This document shows positions 39,950 through 49,869 of a stretch of DNA of 64,000 nucleotides, in pieces. The position numbers were made by a program, and so were the translations under genes. This DNA is from Chiloscyllium plagiosum (taxonomy: Eukaryota). The stretch is taken from assembly GCF_004010195.1 (NCBI RefSeq), contig NC_057718.1, forward strand, positions 65,844,770-65,908,769. The letters are read 5' to 3'. The stretch's first letter is position 1. Every line of letters starts with the position of its first letter. A model generated the notes under the pieces. That model saw only the letters and a program-made list of their open reading frames with translations. It did no database searches and was not told the origin of the DNA.

Positions 39950-41060
39950 ATAGCTGCACACAGAGGGAGCCAAACATTAGAGATATTGATTGAACATGGA
40001 CAAAGATGTCATCATGATCTAATGCCATGTGTTTGCATTGTGCCTCCTACTTCCAGATGGTGCAGTCGACTATCAGCACAGACTTTCATCCATGCAGCCG
40101 CAACTGTGGCCATGAGGTGATACTGGATGTAATGATCTGTTTAGTGCTTATACAAAGAGACTAACAACCACTTGAAATTAACATCAGGAATATTTATAAA
40201 GAAACAGAGTGACAAACTAGCCTTTTTCACCTGTGCCATTAAAGTGTCCTCAATAGGTTTTCTTCTTCCTCTCCATCCAACTCCCTGATTCCACAGCTCA
40301 AGTGAAGATAGCCTGTTCTCTTGTGGCGCCTTTTGACCCTGATAAGTTTGATGGGGTGACCCTGAAGACATTTCTGCATACCCATTGCAACAGTCCCAGT
40401 CTTCTTCTGTGAGGGCCAGGATTCTTTCCTCGTAGAGGATGAAGACAGAGATTTTGAGCATTCCTCCACCTATATGGACTCTCTCTGCCGTTATGGTCTG
40501 TCTTCTCCTGCAATGAGAACAATGGGGCCAATTAGTGAGATGACAATGAGTGGCAAAGCTGTTAATGCTGGTGCATATGGAGGAAAGATAGTAAGATGCA
40601 CCTAAAGTCTGAGGTAGCACAATGGGTCTATAGGGTCAGTGGCATGAGGTTTGTGGGGAAGGAAGTGCAGGAAAATGAGGTGGAGTGAGGGACCATGTGC
40701 ATGTAATAACACTGCAGAGCATAAGCCTTGGTGGAAGATGGGTCTAGTAACCAAGATAGATTGAGTGTGAGACAGCAGACACAAGAGTGGAGCAGAGAAG
40801 GTCATTGACTTTCTTTCTGCATTGTTGGCCATTCCTCCACACCCTATAAATGGGACTCTCACCTGAGTGGCAACCTCAGTAGAGGTTGGCGGGGTTTGGT
40901 GGTGCAGACTCCTCTGTCGGCCATCCAGGAAAAATACTCCTCTGTACCACCCTCCAGGTCACTGTTGGAGAATCATGGTGCTATCTTCCCCTTCACCAAT
41001 ATTTTTAGATTCTGTCAACGAGCATTGCAGTTCTGGAATGTCAAGGCTCAACCAGGTATA
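39950..41060 (-). mobile_element. Harbinger Myb/SANT-like accessory gene remnant
   Basis: ERVHIGGG...FYEERILAL and IF-DGRQRSLHHQT-like segments resemble the Myb-like (NAIF1-type) proteins of Harbinger transposons. Confidence 0.5.
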
Positions 41061-41289
41061 CAATGGGCTTTTAAACGTGCTGTGGGTATAAGGAATGCTG
41101 GTGTTTTGATCCAGTATCAACTGATGACATGAGATACATCATAGGAGCTGGTAGGTAATTCATGAGAAGAGTTTGATAAGTTAAGGAGAGAAATTTTATT
41201 CGGCTTCACAGCAAAAACTCTTCCAGAAATCTCAATAGTACTCTGATCTAGCCAAAAGAAGAGGAAGACTTAGCACGTGATCTCAATTG

Positions 41290-42560
41290 TCTTCATAGAA
41301 ACACAAAATCAGAAAGGAAGGAACCCCAGAGGAGACCAATCAACCCCTCAAGCTTGCTCATGACTAATCATGGAGTCCAATAACCTAATTTTACCCTTTC
41401 TCTATGTCCCTTAATTCTTCAGCCACAAAAGCTATTTTAACCTCCTCCTTGAAAACACAATGTTTTGCCCTCAACCACTTACTGTGAATTCCACAAGCTG
41501 ATCACTCTCCAAATGAAGAAATTTCTCATCTCAATCCTAAAAGATTTACCCCTTGTCATTAAACTGTGCACACAGCCACCCACCCCCACCCCGGTTCTGG
41601 ACTCCCACACCATTGGGAACATCTTTCCTGTACCTAAGCTGACTAGACCTATTAGAAGTTTATAGGTTTCGATGAGATCCACTTTATTTTTCTAAACTCC
41701 AGTGAATACAGTCCTGACCAATTCAATCTCTCCTCATGCATCAGTCCTGTCATTCCAGAAATAATTTGGTAAACCTTTGCTGCACCCCTCTATAGCAAGA
41801 ACAGATAAGGAGACCAAACAACACACAGTATTTTTTCAGGTGTGGTCTCACAAATGTCCTATATAGTTGCAGCAAGATCTCCTTGATCCTGTGCTCAAAT
41901 CCTCATGCAGTGAAGGCCAACATGCCTTCAATATTGCCTGCTGCATCTGTGCACATACTTTCAGCATCTAGTGCATGAGGCCACCCCAGTCTTGTTAACT
42001 ATTCCTCTCTCCCAATTTACAGCCATTCAAATGATAATCTGCCTGCCTAAGTTTGTGGAAAACCTAATTTATACTGCATCTCCCACGCATTTTCACATTC
42101 ACTGAACCTGTCCAAATCACATTGCAATATCTTGGCATCCTCCTCACAGCTCACCCTTCCACAAAGCTTTATGTTATCTGTAAATGTTGAGATATTACAT
42201 TTAGTTCCTTCATCTAAATTATTCACATATATCAGGAGGAGCTGGGATCTACCCAATAATGCTACCACTGTTTTCCAAGAGTTCTGCTATAAAATCCTTG
42301 ATGACAGATTCTAGTATCTTCTACTACTAATTATGGACTCACGGGTCTATAAATCTCTGTTTTCTCTCCAACTGCCTTTCCAAATTTTTAAATGAACTAC
42401 CCTCCAATTTGCAGGAAATGATCTAGAGTCTAAAGAATCTTTGAAGATGGACATCAACGCATCCATTATTTCTAGGGCCACTTACTCAAGTACTCTGTAG
42501 ATTATCAGGTCCTGTAGATTGTCAGCCTTCAATCTCATCAATTTCTCCAACACCTTTTTT
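41290..42560 (-). mobile_element. Decayed CR1 (RT fragments and 3'UTR)
   Basis: IYVNNLDEGTKCNISTFTDNIKLCGRV and DLIETYKLL...NFFIWRVISLWNS. Confidence 0.85.
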
Positions 42561-42799
42561 TCTACTTTTTTGATATTAAACTCCATAATATGTGCTGATC
42601 TAGTAGATGGGTTTTCTAAACAAATTGTCCATTTGCAAAGGGAGGTTTTGTACATAAGATGTACCTTTCTACTGCTACTAACCCATAAGCAAGGACTGGC
42701 ATCCTTCCAAACTGAATTCTTTTATGGATCTAATGAGAACTTCGATAGCCAGGTAAAATCTGAGGTGTATTCAGCAGGTTTACCCTTGCACTCTTATTG

Positions 42800-42932
42800 G
42801 ACAAAAGTGAAGACTGCAGATGCTGGAAACCAGAATTTAGATTAGAGTGGTGCTGGAAAAGCACAGTAGGTCAGGCAGCATCCGAGGAGCAGGAAAATCG
42901 ACATTTCAGGCAAAAGCCCTTCATCAGGAATG
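42800..42932 (-). mobile_element. PLE family A 3' terminus with hammerhead motif
   Basis: Reverse complement reads cattcCTGATGAagggcttttgcctGAAAtgTCgatttt. Confidence 0.85.
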
Positions 42933-43164
42933 GAGCTCTTTTATTACTTAGCAAACTGTTTTGAAGGGACAGCCCTGCCCTCTTTGGGAATTAAATTTTA
43001 TTCAAATGTAAGAAAATCCATGTGTCAAATATGCTTGCCTTAAAGAGAAATGCACTTACAGGATCTGGTATAATAGTATAAATTATTTTTACAGTGGCTA
43101 AACATGGTTGTCTGGATCATGGTAGTTATGGTTGATTTTTCTTTCTTTCCTCTGCATTAACTAG

Positions 43165-43287
43165 GCCAAAGAAGCAGACTTGGCAGTCATAAACCAACTC
43201 TTGGAAAGTTCGCACTTAACCTCAGAGAACTTCAGACAGTGGAAGGAAGATTACTCGTTGTTGATGCAGGATATCTGTAAAACATAG
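43165..43287 (+). CDS. IPCEF1: Terminal coding exon of IPCEF1/CNKSR-family gene
   Basis: Polypyrimidine tract followed by ctAG ending at 43164, phase 0. AKEADLAVINQLLESSHLTSENFRQWKEDYSLLMQDICKT* continues the family motif (IPCEF1-like KEHDLAMINQLL...WK...LLIQDI). Too short for the supplied ORF track. Confidence 0.88.
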   Translation, partial: AKEADLAVINQLLESSHLTSENFRQWKEDYSLLMQDICKT

Positions 43288-43973
43288 CAAGCTAAAACCT
43301 ATCCTGATAATAAAAATATTGCTTTGGAGGATCAGCCAACATCCTATGTAAAAACAGACATTTAAGAGTTGAGAATGACTTCATCAAAATATGGTACTTA
43401 ATTGCCTTAGTCAAGCTTTACAGCTTCATGAAGCACTAAGAGGCATTGGACTTCCAATCTGCTGATACTTCGAGCACAATGAAGGCCATCAAAAGATTAA
43501 TAGTAACTGGTGTGTTTAGAAATAGACATGTAAAGTCCTTTTTGTCTACAGTAAAGGACTTACAAATGATTATTTAACTTATGCACTATTGCACTGATAG
43601 TTGTGAGTTACTATTTTATTTGTAAGTATAAAAGATTCACAGGTGTGTGGTTGAGGACATTCTCCAGGTGAAAATACAATTGTGCATTCACATATTCTAT
43701 TTTTGTGAGATTTTATTTATTCTGCATTCAGTGTTGGGCTTCAAATGGTCACAGCTATTGAAACTCATTTTCACACAGCATAATATTTGATATGTGTGAA
43801 ATTTCATTGAAGGAAATGTGAAAATATTGATAATTTCTCAACTATAGACCAATTCGTGCATTTAATTCATTAGTTCCTGATGAAAGCAAACTTTGTAATT
43901 TGTACAGATGTGAACAAAGCTTACATTTACATTATATTTTAATTGTACTAATCAAAGCTGTGTCATAAAACAG

Positions 43974-43979
43974 AATAAA
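43974..43979 (+). promoter_or_regulatory. Likely polyadenylation signal of the host gene
   Basis: AATAAA ends about 690 nt of AT-rich, repeat-free 3'UTR-like sequence and is followed by a T-rich downstream element near 43992. Confidence 0.6.
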
Positions 43980-44582
43980 CTGTGAAAATGTTTTTTTTTT
44001 GGCTAGTTTCCATGTTCTGTATGTTCTATCTCCATACAAACCAACATAAGGCTGTGTGTACTCATCCCCTTCCCCAGTAGACATAGACTCATTGACTGTG
44101 TGTATTCAGAACCCTTTCCCAACAGGTATAGATCGTGCTAAGCTGTGTGCACTGTGCAATTATGCTGTGATAAAAATGATGAGAATATATTTGCCTGTGA
44201 CTTTCATCTGGTTAACTCAATAGTAGGAATCTCTTTAGTTGGCTAATTATGTACAATATGAATTCCACCCACACCAGACCACCCCCTTCCATTTTGAACC
44301 ACTGTGCATTCAAAGAAGCTGCAAATGCAAAGAAAATTCTAAAAATGGTGTGTGTTACATTTCAGGCCCTCTTGTCTACCTTCTATCTCCCCCGTCACCC
44401 ACACATATCTCCACCGCCATGACTCACACACTCCTCCCATCCACCCTCATCACTCTTGAGCCACCCAACATAACCATTCCTACCCCCTTGGTTACCTTTG
44501 AACCTTCCTGTTACCCTGGAACTGTAAACAATAACTGCCACAAGCCATCTCTCCCCTACATTCCTACATTTCTGATTGTTCC

Positions 44583-45615
44583 AATATGGAGTTCAACCTG
44601 GATAAATATGAAGTGGTTCATTTTGGAAGGTCAAATTTGAATGCTAAATACAGGACTAAAGACAGGATTCTTGGCAGTGTGGAGGAACAGTGGGATCTTG
44701 GGGTCAATGTACCTAGATCCCTAAAGTTGCCACCCAAGTTGATAGGGTTGTTAAGAACGCATATGGTGTTTGGCTTTCATAAATGGTAGGATTGAGTTTA
44801 ATAGCCACGAGGTTTTGCTGTAGCTCTATAAAGCCCTGGTTAGACCATACTTGGAATATTGTATCCTGTTCTGGTCAAATGAGGATGCTTTTGAGAGGGT
44901 GCAGAGGAGATTTACCAGGATGGTAGATCCTGGATTGGAGGGCATGCCTTATGAAGAGAGGTTGAGTGAGCTACGGCTTTTCACACTGGAGAGAAGAAGG
45001 AAGAGAGGTGACTTGATAGAGGTTTACAAGGCAATGAGAGGCATAGGTAGAGTAGATAGCCAGACTATTCCCCAGGGCAGAAATGGCTATCAAGCGAGTC
45101 ATAATTTTAAGGTGATTGGAGGAAGGTATAGGGGAGATATTAGAGGTAGGTTCTTTATGCACGGTGGCTCAGTGGTTAGCACTGCTGCCTCACAGCGGCA
45201 GGGACCCGTGTTCGATTCCAGCCTCGGGCGACTGTCTGAATGGAGTTTGCGCGTTCTCCCCATGTCTGCATGGGTTTCCTCTGGGTGCTCCGGTTTCCTC
45301 CCACAGTCCAATATGTGCAGGTTAGGTGAATCGGCCATGCTAAATTGCCCGTAGAATTAGATGCATCAGTCAGGGGGAATGGGTCTGGGTGAGTTACTCT
45401 TCGGAGGGTCGGTGTGGACTAGTTGGGCCGAAGGGCCTGTTTCCACATTGTAGGGAATCTAATCTAATCTAATCTAAGCAACTGCTGAACAAGCACATGA
45501 TGGCAGTAAATGGAGGGATGTGTAGGTTAGGTTGATCTTAGACTAAGACAAATGCTTGGCATAATATTGTGGGCCAAAGTGTCTTTACTGTGATGTACTG
45601 TTCTATGTTCTTTGT
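44583..45615 (+). mobile_element. CR1 3' fragment containing a SINE
   Basis: MEFNLDKYEVVHFGRSN and ERVQRRFTRM...GDLIEVYK. Confidence 0.88.
45158..45476 (+). mobile_element. tRNA-derived SINE (HE1/V-SINE-like)
   Basis: A and B boxes, V-domain-like core, (AATCT)n tail. Confidence 0.88.
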
Positions 45616-45802
45616 ATCAACTTTAAGCCTGTAAATCATACAGTTATAGACATAGATGTATAGAGTACACAAAAATATCCTTCAGCCCGTCAAGTCTGCA
45701 CCAATCAAAAACAAGAACCTAACTATCCTAATTCCATTTTCCAGCACTCAGCCCACAGCCTTGCATGCCTTGGCATCACAAGTTACATAACAGGTTAAAA
45801 GT

Positions 45803-46008
45803 CACACGACACCAAATTATAGTCCAATAGGTTTATTTGGAATCACAAGCATTTGGAGCACTGCTGCTTTGTCAGGTGAAATTCACCTGAGGAAGGAGCA
45901 GCACTCCGAAAGCTTGTGATTTCAAATAAACCTGTTGGACTATAATCGGGTGTCATGTGACTTCAGATCTTGTCCACCCCAGTCCAACAGTAGCACGTCC
46001 ACATCATG
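45803..46008. mobile_element. Fold-back mini-insertion, hammerhead family B variant
   Basis: Inverted arms centred near 45880. + strand motif TCAC-CTGAGGA-A-GGAGC-AGC-ACTCC-GAAA-GC-TT-GTGA (45883-45919) with a 4-bp stem I. TSD unclear. Confidence 0.8.
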
Positions 46009-46134
46009 CCTTACAGGCAGTTGTAGACATCAGTTGAACTTATTATGAATTTTAAATAAATATTTTACAAATTGGAAAAATGTTTCATGAGCATGGAAAC
46101 ATTCTGAATCATTGTTCACCCTCTCCATACAATC

Positions 46135-46452
46135 ATTAAATCCCTACAGTGTGGAAGCAGGTCATTTGGCCCACTGACTCTACACCAACCCTAACCCAAA
46201 CCCCCTAACATGTCCCAAAATCTTGCATTTCCCATGGCTAATCCACCTAACCTACACATCCTTGGACACTATGGGCAATTGAGCATGATCAAACCACCTA
46301 ACCTGCACATCTTTGGACTGTGGGAGGAAACCCATACAGACATGAGGAGAATGTGCAAACTCCAAACAGACAGTCGCCCGGTGAAGGAGTCAAACCCGGG
46401 TCACTGAGGCTGTGAGGCAGCAGTGCTAACCATTGAGCAACTACACTGCCCA
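46135..46452 (-). mobile_element. tRNA-derived SINE (older copy)
   Basis: Homologous to 2662-2977. Confidence 0.85.
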
Positions 46453-47391
46453 ACAAGTCTTTTAGTTTGGAGGTCTGGTAAAGAATTCCAAATTGCATGC
46501 AAACAATATAAATTAACTACTAAAATATTTTGTGCTCTGAGCATCATATTATGATTAGTCATTATGGCACAAACTATTCATTCAACCCATTAAAACTCTC
46601 AGAACAATCCAATACAATTGATTTCCACGCTCTAATCCCACAGACCAACATATTTATTTCCCTCAGGTACCCATTCAATTTCCTTTTGAAATCAGTGATC
46701 CATTTTTGCCATTCTCGTAAACAGAGTTCTAAGTCAATATCATTAAAAATTTTCTCCTTCTTACATCACTTTCCCAAAACCTTAAATCTGTGTCCCCTAG
46801 TTATTTTACAATCAACTAATGAGAACAATTATTTTCTGCCTCACCTATCCTTGACATAATCTTTTATGTTTCTATCAAATGCCTAATTCAACTTCCTTTG
46901 CACCAATGAAAAAAACTTTCAACTTACCCAACCTGACATGTATCTGAAATCCCTCATCTATGGAACCATTCTGCTATATCTCCCCTCTATGCTAAAAGCA
47001 TCTTTAAGCCCATTGTCCAAGTCACTTCTTTTGCTCACTTCCTTGACCATCCATGAGACCTTCCAATACCTGACTGTGACCTTGAGTCTGCCCTTTACCA
47101 CCCATTCCATTCCACCTCCAATAATGACTCTTCCCTCCACCTTCATACCATCATACCCAAGGACCCCACCATTGACAGAACAAATCCTGCTCTTTAGAAT
47201 GATTCCCTTCTGCAATCACTGCTCAAAATGGCCCAAGAGCAGGACCACCTCTTCTTCTTCCTTCACATGCTGTGACATGATCTGCTTCCCTCCCTTCCTG
47301 TATCCCTCTGTCAGCCATGTCTCATTTCTGATGGTTGCTGTAGTCTGATCTCAATCACCTCCTCCAGTCATTGAACAACATTTCCCATGGA

Positions 47392-48500
47392 GGAATGAAC
47401 AGCAGCCGATGAGTGGCAGATGGAGCTTAATTCAGATAAATGTGAGGTGCTACATTTTGGAAAGGAAAATCAGGGCAGGACTTAGACACATAATGGTAAG
47501 GTCCTGGGGAGTGTTGCTGAACAAAGACACCTTGGAGTGCAGGTTCATAGCTCCTTGAAAGTGGAGTATCAAGTAGATTGGATAGTGAAGAAGCTGTTTG
47601 GTACGCTTTCTTTTATTGGTCAGAGCACTGAGTATAGGAATGTTATGCCTGTACAGGACATTGTTTAGACCACTTTTGGAATATTATGTGCTATTCTAGT
47701 CTCCCACCTATAGGAAAGATGTTGTGAAACTTGAAAGGGTTCAGAAAAGCTTTACAAGGATGTTGCCAGGGTTGGAGGATTTGAGCTACAGGGAGAGGCT
47801 GACTAGGTTGGGGCTATTTTCCCTGGAGCATTGGAGGCTGAGGGTGACTTATAGGGGTTTATAAATTCATGAGGGACATGGATAGGGTGGATAGGCAAGG
47901 TATTTTTTCCCTGGCTTGTGGGAGTGGCACTCTAGTTGGGAGATCATGTTGTGGCTGTACAGGACATTGGTTAGGACACTTTAGGAATATTGCATGCAAT
48001 TCTGGTCTCCTTCCTATCGGAAAGATGTTGTGAAACCTGAAAGGGTTCAGAAAAGATCTACAAGGATGTTGCCAGGGTTGGAGGATTTGAGCTATAGGGA
48101 GAGGCTGAACAGGCTGGGGCTGTTTTCCCTGGAGCATTGGAGAGGTGACCTTACAGACGTTAATAAAATCACGGGGGCATAGATAGGGTAAATAGGCAAG
48201 GTCTTTTCCCTGTGGTGAGGGAGGTTTAGGATGAAAGGGGAAAGACTTAAAAGGGACCTAAGGGGCAACCTTTTCATGCAGAGGGTAGTGCATATATGGA
48301 ATGAGCTGCCAGAGGAAGTGTTGGAGGCTGGTACAATTACAACATTTAAAAGGCATTTGGATGAGTTTATGAATATGAAGAGTTTAGAGGGACATAGGCC
48401 AAGTGCTGGCAAATGGGACTAGATTAACTTAGGATATCTAGTCAGCATGGACGAGTTGAACCAAAGGATCTGTTTCTGTGCTATACATCTCTATGACTCT
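47392..48500 (+). mobile_element. CR1 3' fragment with internal duplicated segment
   Basis: QFWSPSYRKDVVK.ERVQK region occurs twice, followed by NLFMQRVVHIWNELP and a ctatgact tail. Confidence 0.88.
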
Positions 48501-48531
48501 AACTTTACCACTTTGCCTACTGCATACACTG

Positions 48532-48620
48532 CGGCACGATGGCAGTGGTTAGCACTGCTGCCTCACAGCACCAGAGACCCGGGTTCAATCCCCGCCTCAG
48601 GCGACTGACTGTGTGGAGTT
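48532..48620 (+). mobile_element. SINE tRNA-like head only
   Basis: gtggttagcactgctgcctcacagc...gggttcaatccc. Confidence 0.8.
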
Positions 48621-49869
48621 ATGCAGTTGTGAATCTGATGTCAGGAAGGCATTGCAGTTGAACATAGAAATATACACGGGAACCATCCATTTGGAGTTAT
48701 GTATGATAGTGAGTAATTTTGAGTGCATTTTCACCCTGGTGTATGGTTAGGTGAAGCACTTTCTAGCTTAGGTTTTGCATGTGAGTCAGAGTGAGTGTTA
48801 AATGATGAATTATATGTGACTATTAGGCAGAGGGCCTTGCCTCTGCTGTGTCCTTTCTGGGTCAAAGGTTCTGGTGTTGTACTTAAAGGCTGGCAAGGCC
48901 TCAATCAACACAAGCCAGGAGCATCTCTGGAGTCTATGGCTGTCACTACCACCAACACTCCTCCCCTCCACCTCTGTAGACACTTTGAAAGGACCTAGCC
49001 CCAGTGGGGGAGGAGGATGAATGATCTCCTGCATTCCACAATGATAAGTTCTCACTGCAAACTCACACTGATGGACCTGCCAACCACAGAATCACATGCG
49101 TGATGTGCATGCAAAGGGCCTACACACACTTTTATTAGCCAATGTTCAAACACTTCCCTGATACTACACTCCCTACTCACCTACTGGACAAAATTTACCA
49201 TTTAATGGCTATAACAATCCCATCAAGTGTTCATGCACACAATTCTACTGTAGTAGGTCAGTGGAACTACTCACAGGCTGTGTATAGTTGGTGTACCGTG
49301 CTGCCACCAATCTCCATTTAGAATTGGATCTAAGGGCCTGTTCAGATAACAGTGGTAGGGGATGAAACCACTTAGTCTTAGCAAGAAAAGGCAGATGTCT
49401 TAATAACATTATGTAGCATATTTCATGACAGCAATAAGTGCAAGTTACATGGCTTTGTTAGGCTTAAGTATATAGAAGTGACATGTCTGACTCCATTAGA
49501 ATCTAGTGCTGAGCTCCTCATTCTCCACTCAGGTCAATGAAATATCAGATTTGGTGGAACATAAATCAATCTTCAATATTAACCATTTCAGAACCATTAC
49601 TATACACATCATTCATCACACTCAAACCTAATCACTCTCTCATTGCAAAATAAGCTCTCCCACAGAAAGAAGATGCATAAGAGCCAGACATGTCCTTGTA
49701 GCTCAGTCCCAGGAAGTGACAGTTGTGAGATTTTCATTTGTCTCTCTGACTCCTTAGACAATAGGTCTGTTGTCATGGCAACTACTGTGGGCCCTTCTGA
49801 GCCACCTCAGGATCCTCACCTTTAGCTCCTTTCTCCGCAGAGGAGGCTTCCATCTCATCCTATCCCAGA

